Origin: Vicugna vicugna
Lineage: Eukaryota
NCBI GenBank assembly: GCA_013265495.1
Contig: MU057711.1
Span: forward strand, 2,616,844 to 2,680,843
Reading direction: 5' to 3'
Length of the DNA stretch: 64,000 nucleotides
In this document: positions 13,185-25,987 of the stretch, in pieces
Layout: each line of letters begins with the position of its first letter
Position numbering within the stretch: position 1 is the first letter of the stretch
Position numbers and translations under genes: made by a program
The notes under the pieces: generated by a model
What the model was told of the DNA's origin: nothing
Seen by the model: only the letters and a program-made list of their open reading frames with translations
The model's database searches: none

Positions 13185-14060
13185 ATTCAGTGAGTATTTA
13201 CGGAGTACCTGCTGCAGGTGTGGGGCCCTGCTGCGCCCTGGGTTCCAGCCACAAACAGGTAGGTGGGCCTTGCTGTCAGACTGTTGGTGGGAGGGGGGCA
13301 GGCAGTGGATAAATCATCCAGGAAGTGAGCATACAAGGTTCTGGGAGTGGTGCTTCGCAAAGAGGTAAAACCCAGGGAAGGGTGGAGTGTGACAGGCCTC
13401 TCTGAGGAGGGGATATTTCAGCAGAGATGCAGATGGAGGAGGAAGCCAGCCCTGGGAGGACGGGAAGGGAGAGCAGCCAGTTGGAGTGAGCACAGCCCCC
13501 AGGTGGAAGGATGTGTGGTTTAGGGAAGAACAGAAGGCTCTGGAGAGGAGGGTGGGGCAGCCGACAAGGGTGGGGCCATGCACTTGGGTCTCATGCTGCT
13601 TATGAAAAGGAACTATTGGAAAGTTTTGAGGTAGGTAAATGCCAGATTCTGACTTCCATTTTAAGGAGATAATTGGGGCTGCTGGGAAGGATGGGTTTTT
13701 CAGGGGGAGGAAGGAAGCAATGAAAGCAGGAGGTGATTGGGGAGTGCAGGGGAAAGGCGATGGGATGGCATTGGACTCGCCTGGGAGCTGGGAGGCTGGA
13801 GAGAAGTGGATGGGTCTGGGGGCGGGGCAGAAGGGGTGGGAGACGGAGGTGCGGTGGAGAGGAGGTGGATGAGGGAAAGAAAGGGGTCCCGGGTACACCT
13901 TAGAGTTTGGGCTTAAGGAACTAAGGAATTGGTGGTGTCACTTCGAGGTGAAGGCTTTTGTTTTTGGATGTGTTGGGTTCAAGATTCCTGTTTGACATCC
14001 AAGTCGAGATGCTGAGTAGACAGTTGGACCCCAGGTCTGGAGTTCAGGAGGGCAGTTGTT
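13185..14060 (-). mobile_element. Degenerate L2 LINE fragment(s)
   Basis: L2-like segments such as gacatccaagtcgagatgctgagtagacagttgga...gtctggagttcaggag. Boundaries approximate. Confidence 0.6.
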
Positions 14061-16150
14061 GGGGGAGAGAGAGAGAGAGGACTTCTCAGGTTCTCTGGAA
14101 GGGGCCACAGACAGCTCCTCAGGAGCCCCGGGCAAGGCTTGTCAATCGGTGGGGCTGGCTGGCGGTTCCCTGGAAGTCTGAGAGGAAGGGGAGTTCACTG
14201 AGGAGCAGCGGAGACCCCCAGACGGAGGGGGCAGGCGGGCCCCACCCCGCTGGCTTCTCTCCCTCAGTTCAGAACCTGTCCTGCTGGCGCGCGTCGGTCG
14301 CCCCGACTCCACTCCACTGCGGTCCCCCCAGAAGCCCGGTTGCAGCAGTGACAGCAGTTTCTCTCAAGTCTGATCTTCATAAAAGCTCAGCTTGAACAGT
14401 GGAAATTCTGACTTGTGTCAGATACCGAGGAGGCTTTCATAGTTTCAAGTAGCTCGGGGTTAGATTTTTAAAGTTGAATTTCATCACATGTTTTAACTTG
14501 GGCGGGGATGGGGGGAGAGTGGAAGGGCCGTGGTATTTTTAGCCCAAAGAAGGCTTTTTTCCCTTTCCCTCGCCCTCTCCCAGCGTTCCCCCCTCCCTCC
14601 TCCAACAGATGGTTCATCTCAATCCTATTCAAACCTCAAAGCAGAGTAGCCATCAACCTTAGGCTCTGATGAGAAAAAAAGGCCAGAATGCTATTTGTTG
14701 GGCAGACTTTTTCCCCCTTTCTTCTTTCCCCTCAGTCACAACTGGCCCTTAAATAAAATCTGCTTACAGAAAAATGTGACCTGAGGAGGCAGGAATGTGG
14801 AGAAAAAGACCCAGGAAGGAGTGGACACCACTGGTGAAACCTGCCGGAAACCACCTTCCAGAGGACTGCATGGGGTCAATTACTGTTCTGGTGGTGGTTT
14901 TGTTTTTCCTGAAAAGCAGGCAGGGGCTCTGAGTGATGGATCGTTAGGTTGGGATTCTTTGGGTTCTCTTGGATGCTCAACCCAAGCTCGCTTAAGATCT
15001 GGCTCGTGAAATGGAAAAATCCTAGGGGTAGATCTTGCCTAAGAGGGGCTGGCTGGATCCAGGAGCTCAAACCATGTCGTCAACACACGCAAATGCGCGG
15101 GCGTGCACACGTGCACACACACACACACATTCATTCTCTCTCTCCATCACGTCTCTCTGTGTGCTGTTAGTCTCTCCCACTAAGGTGCACAAATGACTGC
15201 CCAGCTCTGGGCGCTCACATCCTCTAAGATGAGCCATCACAGGTGAAAGAGAGCCCCCTAGTCCATTATTTCTTGCAAAAGCTTGATTCTCACTTTACTG
15301 GACAAGGTAGGTCTAGGTTTCATGGGACCCAAAGCTTATCCAATTCGGGGGACCTCCTTTAAGTAAAAGAACACATGATTCTCTTTCACAATGATGGACT
15401 CACACTGTATTTATATTAAATATAGATATATTTCCCTCTAAGCCTAAATAAATAGGTCCCCAACTCAACCTCCCCTTAGCTCGATTCCAGAAATGCCTGT
15501 GTTCACTCCAACACCACGTGACACAAAGAGACATCTGGAAAGTCAGCGTGGAGAGAGATAGCATTCTTAACAGACTGAGGATAAAAGACCTGATTCTGAA
15601 AATGTCACAGAAACAAACAACCATGTGAACACATTCCAACTTGGAAGGGACCCGTGCAGGCCAGGGGCCCAGAAACTTTTATCTTGGTCAGCTTCACCAT
15701 GAACTCTCCTCTGGCACTGACCTAGGACACATGGCCATGAGGATGAAAGAAGCTGGTCGGGTCTGGATGCTGGGTACATCCCGGAAGCTTGGGGTGGGAT
15801 CAGCCCCCGATAAGCCACATGGCTTGAGATGGGGGAGGGGCAGTCCACGAGAGAAAACCCAGATTCTATTATCGGAAGGAGGAGAATGGTTTCGGGATAG
15901 GCGGGAGCAGGTGTGAACTATTGTGGTGTGACAGTGGCGAGGCCAGTGGCTGGGGAGGCAGGAAACTGGGATTTTAGTTATGTTTCCATACCTTCTGGGT
16001 GCCAGTCCTGATTCTGCTCCTGATTGCTGTTTCATTTTGATGATGATGGTGGTGAAACCCCTGTGTCTAGTGTGTCAGGTGCTGCACTACATAGCAGAGC
16101 AGTAGGAGAAGGATTCCGTTAAATGAATAATGATAATATTGGGGGAGCAA

Positions 16151-16285
16151 GGGGAGAAGGTATAGCCCAAATGGTAGAGTGCGTGCTTAGAATGCATGAG
16201 ATCCTGGGTTCAATCCCCAGTACCTCCTCTAAAAATAAAATAATAAATAAATGAACCCAATTCCCCCCTCCCCAAATAAAAAAAA
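16151..16285 (+). mobile_element. Vic-1-type tRNA-Ala-derived SINE (camelid)
   Basis: ggggagaaggtatagcccaaatggtagagtgcgtgcttagaatgcatgagatcctgggttcaatccccagtacctcc, with Pol III A/B boxes and an A-rich bipartite tail. Confidence 0.85.
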
Positions 16286-18684
16286 TGGGGTAACCAGGGA
16301 TCACTGAGCAGGGAAACCTAACCTGGCTCCTGAGGGCGTGAAGGCGTGCACCTCAGAAGTAGGAAGCTTCAACAGAAGACCTGAAGAATGAGCAGGAGTT
16401 GGAGAGACAGAGCAAATTTTCTTGGCAGAGAAAAGCAGCTCCACGGAGAGTCAGGACTGAGAGACAGCAGGAGGGATGTGGCTCGATCACGTTTGTTTTT
16501 CAAACTTAGTTTCCTGTTGTAAAATGCAAAACACATAACACCCTCTGTGGTGTTATTAAGAGGACTTAATGAAATACTGTGTGTACCCACTGACTTCACG
16601 AGCATCCCCCCTGCATGGCCCGCTGCTGTGTGCATGGATGAACGGATATGTGTATCTTTAGGACCCTCATTCCCCAAGGAGAGCCTCCAGAAACCATTTG
16701 GCCTGGAATGCGCATATGATATCTTTCTCTTTTTACGGGCGGCAGATTTCCCCTCCTAATTATATTTGGCATAGGCTAATATTGAAATTCATCTGCATTC
16801 CCTCTAACAGCTGCTGCTGGAGGGTTGGGGAGTCAGAAACATCCTGGCAAGCCACTCTGAGACTAAAATATTTGCAGCAGATAATCTGGACGTGGACAAT
16901 TTAGAAAGGCTTGTGGATACATTAAGGCGAGTGTCCAAACTCCAGCCAGGAAGCTCTGGCTTGTGTTAAATCTTATGTTGTATCAACTGAGAAGAACTTG
17001 CCAGGTATCTGGGATAAGAGAGGTGTCCGCCACGCCTCTGAGTATTAGTCATTCCTGGTCTTTGGTGGGGCTGATTTAGTCATACCGTGTTTCAAATTTG
17101 TCTCTTCTTCCAAAGTTTAATATCAACCAGGCCTTTCTGGATTGTGTTAAAGTAAGCTGGCACTTGCTGATATCATCCAGGGTTGGGATTTTAGCTGAAG
17201 TCTGGGATTCAGGAAGAGACCCACCCCTTTTAAACCCCCTTCTTTCCCATGCCGGTTCCCAATGTCAATCACGCTAGAGTTCACGGTGTTTGTGATACAG
17301 CCTTCTACCCGTGGGATTTGGTGCAGTGGAGCACACTGAGATGGAGTGTCTGCTCTGTACATGTATGGGACGGGCTGTACCCCCAGGGGCAGTAGCCTGC
17401 CGGGTCCCAGCTCTCAAGAAACGTGCATTCTGGCTGCATGGATGCAGCGGGCTCCTGTGAAGCCATCAGAAGATCCCAGAGAGGACTGCAGAATAAAGTG
17501 CTAGACTGAATGGGTTTAGACAGCATTCTGCTAGCAACAGATGCATTTGTGCAAATTGGAAAAAAGGGCCCCTCCTCAAGACACCTTTCTGCCATCTGTC
17601 GGAAAAATGTCAGAAGCAATAAACAAATCTAGGATGGCCAGCATGTGAACGGCGCCCCCTAGAGTTGTACAGTGCATAGCCCGCTTCTCAGAGCCAGTCT
17701 CCCAATGACCCCAAATGACCCTGACCCCAAGCTCAGGGGGAAGAGCCCCGAGGGGCTCATCTAGCTCAGGAGGGTAGGATCTTGGGAGGGTGGGTCTGTT
17801 TTATTTCACAGCCCTTCTTCTCACGCTGTTTGGGTGGTGCCATCCTGCTCCCTGGGTTGCTGTTATTTGCCTGGGTAAACAGTCCCAGGAAAGTGGCCGT
17901 GGCTCTCCCAGCGTGCGGTCCCAAATGAGCCCCGGATGCCACCCATTGGGTCCGGGGGTGGGCGTGGGGCACCCGTGATCAAAGTTGCCCCCATTCAGGT
18001 ATTTCCTACTTTCCCTGTGCTCAGTGCTCCTCAAGCACTCTTTCTTTCTCTCTTCCTCCCCACCCCACCCAACCCCCATTTTTTTAAACTGGGGGAGGGG
18101 AGAGGGAAGAGACTGTCTTTGATCTCAGTGGAGGAAAAGAAGTCTGTTCTGTTCAGGCTTTTGGCTAACACAACAAACAGTGTTTAAAATTTAACTTTGC
18201 TTAATTAATTAGTAATTCTGTTTAATGCTGTCTGATCTCCCTCCAAAAGGTATTTTGAAGCTTGAGAAGGGAACATCAAAGGGAGCCGGGTGAAGATGGT
18301 CAAGTAATGCATTTAATCTGGCAGTTGCTGGGGGTGGAGAGATGCCAGGTTGGGAGCTAATGTGGGACAGAGCCATCATCTGGTAAACACAGCCGGCCGG
18401 CTGGCTCCTCGTGGCTATGGCTGTGGCCATGATGAGAGGAGGGACAGAAAACAGCTTCCAAAGGAAGGTACTTCACACACTGCTCCAGACCTGTCTGAGC
18501 TAAGATTTGGTTTCAAGAAAGCATAGTTGACATTTTCTTTCTTCCATAGCTACTGTGTATGGTTGGGCAGGTTGTGTACTGCACAAGGGTTTCTGGTTAA
18601 GCAGGTGAGCAGCAGGTGAAGTTCAGCATGCACTCTGCCTGTCAAGGATGTACGCTGGTGGGTGTGCAGAGCTGTACTGACCTA

Positions 18685-18910
18685 AGGCGCAATCCCCACA
18701 CTTTTTTGTCAAGGGCTTTCAGGGAAGTACATATTTTAAGTTTTGTGGGCATTAGAGGGTCTCTTGCAGCTTCTCAACTCAGCCATGATCTTTGGCTAAG
18801 CAGCCACATACACTGGGTGTGAGTGTCACTGTGTCCCAGTAAAACTTTACTGACAAAAACAGGCAGTGGGCTGGCTTTGGCTCATGGGCCGTAGTTTGCC
18901 AGTCCCTGCT
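18685..18910 (+). mobile_element. MER58-type hAT-Charlie MITE
   Basis: Typical 3' half cagtaaaactttactgacaaaaacaggcagtgggctggctttggctcatgggccgtagtttgccagtccctg. Confidence 0.7.
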
Positions 18911-21900
18911 CTAGGTCACCCAAGGGTACATCATAGGCAGGGAGGGGCTTTGCTTCCTCCTCACTCTGTCCCTTCCCTCCATTTTTCTCCTACCCTTTCC
19001 ACTGCTTTCCTTCCTGCTGTCAGGTTAGCAGTGCTAGTACTGTGGCCACTGAAGAATGATCGGAGTCCCCCTGAAATTATGCCCCACAAAAGATCATCAC
19101 TGGGCTGAACAGGAGTAAGGGACAGGGGCAGGGCTCGGGCTCTACTGCTAAAACCCATCTTGACAAAACTATTGCTCTTCTCTGGCTGGTTGGCCCCAGG
19201 CAGCCTGCAGTGACCCCCATTCACCCTTCGCCCACCTGCCCACAAGCCTGAGGATATAGGGGTGGAGGGAGGGTGATCTGTTCCGCACAGGGATGGCTGG
19301 GGGCAGATGGCGGTTTGACGTTGTTTGGTTTCAGAGGGTTCACCTTTGGATGTACACAGCCCCGGGCCCTGGCATTGGAGTCTGCATAGCTTTCTGATAC
19401 CTCTTCTGGCCATTGGGCAGTGGACAGTGAAGAGGAGGAAGGCTCTCTTTGGTGGGGGCAAAGCGGTGCTGACTGTCTTTGTTCCTGGCCCCTAGACCCC
19501 AAGGCAGGTGGCCCCCAGTCTTACTGCCCATTTGTGCCTGGCCCCAGGATAGGGGCCCCTGGTGGACATCTGAGATGGATGGACTGAGAGATGGGACCCA
19601 CTGGTTAAGAGAGGAGAGGTCAGGGTGCCTTGGTCTTTGGATGAGACATGAAAAAGATAAGGGATGGAGGGGGATGTTTCCCTCCAGCCCTGAGAGAGGA
19701 GGAAGGAGGGCAGGCAGGGGAGGACCTGAGGGTGTCAGGAGGAGGGGTGCTCCAGGGAAGGAGAGCAGGGACAGAGGTTTCTTTTCTTTGGGTTTTATCA
19801 AGTGGAACTTGAAAGGCAACATTGAACCTGAAGGTGGTTTTCTGATAACTTCCCTTTGAACTTGAAGTTTGGTTTCGGTAAGCCTGGCTGGCTTCCATCT
19901 CCAGCCAGGACCTCTGCGGAGGAGGCAGCAGCTTTGAAGATGGATCTGGCCTTTGTTTTCCTTTCTTCTTTTTCTTTTTCTTCTTCCCGTGATGGCAGCA
20001 GCTCTGGCCCAGCAGGACACTAGAAGATTTCAGATGGAGGGGTCGGGTGGTGCAGGCCGTATGCTTGGCTGTCTTTGGGTCACTGGCCAATCTCCCACCT
20101 GACTTCCCTGGGGCTCGGTGCCACGTGGGAGCAGGACAGGAAAGGCTGGACTTGGTTTATCCACTACACCAGGAGCGGTCAGCGTCTGTGGCCTTCCCTG
20201 ACGACCACCCCAGGGATGAAGATGCCAGGTGTCCCCCATCCTGAGGGTCTCCAAGGAGCCAGATCTTTTAGTTTTGTCCTCCTTGGCCTCATTCTGTGAA
20301 GCCACCAGGGAGGAGCTGAGTCTGTGATTGAGACGGGGTCTCTAGCTGGACCCCTGGACAGCTCTAGGGAGTTGTTGCCTTGCCATGGGGGCATTGTGAG
20401 CTGAGGGCTCCCTGCATCCCACTGGGTGTGCCTGAGGTGAAGAGAAGGAAGGGGACACCCAGGCATGGCTGCCCCAGCCCCCAGGCCCAGCCAGGAGGGG
20501 AGCTGTGATGAAGCCCGGTCAGTCACTGGCCGCTGTGGCCTTCCTGTCCCCGCCTGTCTGGCCTGGTGGCCAGAGCATCCTTATCTTTATTTTCTCCCTC
20601 TCTGTCCTGCTCCCCACCCCGCCTGTTTGTATGTGACACGACGCTTTGGGGTCTATATCCCAAAGCCTCAGTTTCTAGAAAACTTAACTACCCGCTTCCT
20701 GATTTCCGAAAGCTTAAATGTTTGGGGACGTCATTCCCTAGACTGTTACTACTCATGGCTGGACCCTGTGTGCTGGCCCTGGGCCCTTAGCCCTTTCCCG
20801 CAAAGCTCCTTGAATCCACAGAAGAAGCCTCTGGAGAGGACTGTTCTCATCCCCATTTTACAGTTGGGGAAACTGAGACACCTATGTGAGACACCTGCTC
20901 AAGACCACACACAGCGTAGAGGGGATCAGAACCCAAGCAGAGACTCACCTCTCTCCCGGTTGGCTGCGAGAGGCCTCAAGTCTCCTTAACCAAGCCAGGA
21001 ACACCGTGGAGTGGTCGAGAGCATGAGCCAGGCCACTTGAGTTCCAGTCCCAGCCCCATCATATACTAGCAAAGTGCTTAGCCTCCCCGTGCCTCAGTTT
21101 CTCCATCTGGAAAGTGGAGCTGATAATAGTGACTGCCTCACAAGGTTGCTGTGAGGACTGAGTTGATAAACAGCGTAGTCAGCTCTGTGTGAGATCGCTG
21201 CCTTATCTTTATGTCCGGAGGTCCCCATGGTGGGAGGGGCCCCATGGAGAGTGCTGTGGATAACTGCTGGGCCCACAGGGCAGGAACAAGCCGGATGCTG
21301 GGGCTCAGTCCCGACTAGGGGAGCTCTGGCCATACCTTTCCCAGCAGCCACTCTTGGGTCCTGGTCTGCAAAGCTGGGGTGTGTGAATGTGGTGGGGGGA
21401 TGGGGTGGGAGAGAGGCAAAGCCACCCCCCACCGCCAGTTTCCTGGCCTCATTTTTGTGGCCTCATTTCTTCAGGCCCTTGACTTCCCAAGAAAGCCCAT
21501 CGATGGCTGGGGCCCTTGCCCAGCTATCTCAGCTCCTTACATGATCCTCCTGGGCCACCCCAGTAGGGCATCGGGGGGACAGTTCCTCAAGTGGGAGCCA
21601 GGCTCCGTTTGCTCCCCTGGAAAACAGGACAACAGAATCACTGCCCCAGGGCAGCTGAGGGAATCTAATGAGAGCAGCTGTGAAGATGTTCTAGAGAAGC
21701 ACATGCCCAGTCAGACTCAGGTCCCCTTTGTCAGGAAGAGACAAAGTGGGCAGAAGGGGCTGAAGGGGTCTTGTGGGGACCTCCTGGACTGAGTCCTAGC
21801 TCAGGGACGATGGCTGCTCCCTCGGGCTGTCCCCCAGGCACCTCTTGCGGGTATTGTTGGGAAAATGATGTCCACAGGCCATGGGCTTTCGTGCCCATCT

Positions 21901-22617
21901 TCCCACTGCTCCTGGGAGGACGCACACGGACTGCAGAGCCCTCTGCTCGACCCAGTTGGCAGAGGGCGGGCCCTCTAGGTGAGCAGAGGCAGAGTGAGAG
22001 GCACAGGGAGAGCAGGCTGCTGGAGATGCCGTGGTGTGCGTGTGTGTGCACGTCTGTGTGCACGCGTGTGCATGCGTGCACGTGTGTGTGCCCTGCACCC
22101 ACCCCACTGAACTCCATTTCTGTCCATCCTCCTGACCTCCTACCAGTGTGCCATGCTGGGCCCAGGCCGGTGGCATCTTTGAGGACGCCAAAATGTCCTC
22201 ATGGAAGGCAGCACGACTACAGAAAATGGCCAGGGTCCCAAGCTCCTTCTGGGCTCCAAAAGCACCCCTTTGCCCTCATTTATCTGTTCTTTAGCCCAAT
22301 ACTGCCCTGGCTGCTTTCCTGGGCTGCGAAGTCAGGGCAGAGAACAGAGGGGCCCACTAGGGTGACCTGAGCATCTGGTGAGGAGGCACCCTGGGCGAGA
22401 GATCTCCCCTGGGACAGCCCTGGGCATTACTGGGGCCAGAGAACAGAGTGATTTTGACTCCAGCAAACTGGCAGGACAGGAACGAGCCCCAGCACTGAGG
22501 TGAGGACGTCCTCGGGACAAAGCCACAGTGAGCGTGGTGGCCCCACAGTCTGGCATCTGGATGTGGGGAGGTGAGGGACCCTCCTCTTCATACTTTCTCC
22601 CTTGTCTTCCCCTGCAG

Positions 22618-22724
22618 TGGCCCTGCCACCCGAGAAGACAGACGGGCTGGCCAGTGGGGATGAGAAGAGGATGGAGAAGGTGAGCGAATCCTGCCCGGGC
22701 TCCAAGAAGCAGCTGAAGTTTGAA
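22618..22724 (+). CDS. NKD1: NKD1 coding exon (exon 5 equivalent), 107 nt
   Basis: cttgtcttcccctgcag acceptor. Encodes (V)ALPPEKTDGLASGDEKRMEKVSESCPGSKKQLKFE. Donor GAA|gtaagt. Phase matches the previous exon. Confidence 0.96.
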
Positions 22725-24463
22725 GTAAGTTCCCTTTCCTGGTGCTGGGCCCTGGACAGAAGGGTTTTCTCTTCCCGGTGGTGCTTTTTGAGGAGGGAAG
22801 CAGAGACCTATCTGGATGGGAAGGCCCCTCCCCTCCTGTGTGAAGAGCTGCCTTCTGGGAGAGGTTCGTCCTGCCCCAACCGGGGCTGCCCCAGCTCAGC
22901 GCAGGCCTGGGAGCTCCACTGCCCTCCCCTCCCAGCTCAGGCTCTCAGCATGGGGTGGTGGCCAGGGGATGCCACTGGGGAGTGGCCTGGTGGTCTAGGG
23001 GAAGGACATGTGGGTGGGCAAGGGGAGACAGCACGCTGGCCCTGGTGCTGCTGCTACAGTGCTAGGTGGACCACCTTCTTATTTGGGCCTCAGTTTCCTC
23101 GTTAGTGAAAGAAACCTTTCCTTCCAGCTCCCGAGGCTGTCCTGGGGAACACGTGGGGGCTCTCAGGAGGCAGGAGGCCTTGGGCAGGTCTCTAACTCTG
23201 TCTGGGTACTCAGTTTCCCCGGGGGGTCAACACCAAAAGCGACATGCCCACCCAGAGCCCATAGTCTGCCCCATCTCTCCCTGAATAGTATATTAAGCTC
23301 CTCCTGTGTGCCGAGCACAGGGCCAGGTGCTAAGAGAGAGACCCAGGCCTGCCCACTCCGAGCCACCGGCTTCTCCCTACCCACCTTTCCCCTCCCTCCT
23401 TCCTTCTCTGTTTCCTTCACGACATCCCTAGGGCAGAGCTCTGGAGCCAGCAAGGGGTTCATTTCCCAGCTCTGCTGCTGCCCCACTCCCCTCCCCTGGG
23501 AAGCGGGGACAGTAATGACGTCTGTCTTATCGGAATGCCATCAGCACCATGACCTAAGGCATTCAAATGCTTAAAGGGCATCCAGTGCAGAGTAAGCACT
23601 TTCCTTCTTCCTTCCAACCAATGTTGATTGACACCCGCTGGTACCAGGGAACTCGGCAGCAAACTGGGCGTGGCTCCTGCCCTCAGGGAACACAGTGCGG
23701 TGAGGGGGACAGATGAGTGACCCAGACCCAGTCACTGCACAGTCGGTGATGTGATGGGGATTTGGGGGCACGGGGCTGGGAGGGCAGGGGGTTCACCTTA
23801 GTCAGGCCGAAGGGGTGCAGAGTGATGGGGCCAGGAAGAGGGAGCAGTGGCTGCAAGCAGAGATTGAGGAGGGCAGGTGTCTGAGCTGAACCTCTGGCAT
23901 AGGAGCAGGAGTTGGAAGCGGTGACACACGGGGGAGCCTTTGGGAAGAGGCAGGCACTTGGGGTGGAGGGAACAGCAGGATTGAAGGCCCGGCAGCTTGC
24001 CAGCATGGGCCTGCTGTGTGGGAATAGGAGGCTGAGTGTGCGGGGGCCTGGGGGAGATGAAGCAGGAAAAGGGGTAAGACAGGTTGCCGAGGGCCCTGAA
24101 TGCAGGAGCCGAGCAGGGCAGGTAGCGTCTGGTTGAGGAGCTGGGGTGGCTCACTGCTTCCTGGGTCCCTGAAAGTCTCCTGGGGATGCTTGGCAAAGCT
24201 GAGCGCCGAGCCCAGCAGCAGAGGGAAGGGCCAGACCCAGACATCTCGCCTCCCTGGAAGCTGGGCTGGCTGACCACCCGTGACTCATCCGTGGTCCATG
24301 AGGAAGACTCACCTGACGGGTCCAGATGGCGGGGGGTGGACAAGATGCCCATGACGCAGGTCACGGGAGATGGGGTAGTTACTTAACCTGTGTCTCCAAA
24401 CTTCTAACCCAAGCTGTCTTTGGAGCCAAGTGGAGGGGCTGGGAGAAGGAATCAGGTGAACAC

Positions 24464-24553
24464 TGTGTGTGTGTGTGTGTGTGTGTGTGTGCATGTGGGC
24501 ATATGTGTGTTCATGCATGTATGTGTGTGCGTGCGTGTGTGTGTGCATGTGCG
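24464..24553 (+). repeat. (TG)n-type alternating purine-pyrimidine microsatellite; similar mixed TG/CG/CA tracts at 22031-22091 and 15095-15130
   Basis: Directly visible in the sequence. Confidence 0.9.
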
Positions 24554-25987
24554 GGGTGAGTGCTGTGCTGCACGAAGCGGTACCCGGGAGAGCAGAGCGG
24601 GCACTTGGCAGGTATCAGACAGGCTTGTCACAACTGAGGGAAGGCTGACTTTGAACTCAGCATGGGCCGCCCAAGAACTGCTGGAGGGAAGCGGCTCTGA
24701 GCTGCAGAAGCCGGGGGCAGGGACGCCGTGCTGGGGCTCACACCCCTGGCGTTGGGAGGCTGGGCATCTCCCTTCTCTAGGGGGCTGAGCTTGTCCTTGT
24801 GCCAAAGGGGAGACGGACGTGGGACAGGATGGTCTGGGGGCGTCTTTGCTTGTTTTCATAGAACTTGTAGATCTTAAAGGCTGTTTGTGGATTCGCTTTC
24901 CGCAAACGTCCATCCTTTCTGGCCACTTTCTCTCTGATGTTCAGCCAGCCCCCGCGTATGTGCCGCCAGTGACGGAGCTCACCGCTTCCCCACTCCGGGT
25001 CCCTGTGGTTGGACACCTCAGGCTGTGGGAGAGATGAAGATGACGTCATTGTTGTATTAATCGTTCCAACAAAGACAATAGCAGCTGCCACCGTTAATTG
25101 GGCTTTTCTCTGTGCCAAGCAGCTTACGTACTTGTTTCCCCAAAGCAGACCCTGAGACAGGACTTGGGAGGTGATCCCGGGGAGTAGGGATGGAGGGACG
25201 CCTGTAATGGGGTTGGTAAGTGGGTCACAGGCAGCCGGGCTCCGTCTGCTGAGGCCCCTCGGAGAGCCATGCAGAACACGTTCAGATGTGTCCCCCAGCT
25301 CAACCCCTCCCTTGCTCAGGTTGCCTCTGGGCATTCAGTCCCTGACTCTTTGTGGCCATTGGACAGGGAAACCCAGTGCTTGAGGTGGGCGGTCGAGGAC
25401 CTGCCCACCACCACTACAGGGGAACACAGAGGGGGCCGAGGGGACATGCAGCACCACAGTTTATGCTCCCAACAACCTCAGGAGGCCAATACCACATTTT
25501 CCATAATTTATGAGGGGAAACTGAGGCACGGAGAAGAGCAGGGTCTTGCCCAAGGTCACGCGGCTGTGGAGGGTCCAGCGTGGGCTGGCACCTGGGGCTG
25601 ACTCTGGAACTTTAGCTCTTAATGCTCTTCCTCTCCTGCCTCCCAGCTCAGGCGCCCTCCCTGGGAGTGCCGCCACGGCTCCCTGAGTTACTGTTCCCGT
25701 GTCTTCTAGCAGCTCTTAGCCCTTGGTCCAAGTTCAGTCTTCCTGAGGCCACAAAGCCTCCTCCTAGACACTCCCTTGTGTTTCCTTGGCCTTTGAAGAC
25801 CTAGAGACTATCTGGCCCCCCCCCCGGCAGGCACTTCTCCTAGGCCAGTCATGTCTCAGTCATGATGGTCCTCTTCATGTGGGGTCTGGGGAAGGCAGCA
25901 GGGAGGTGGCAGCCCCGTGACCTGGCCTCCAGGTGTTCCAGCCGCTAGGTGACCAGCCACGCTCGTCTGTTGCCTGTGTGTGTTCAG

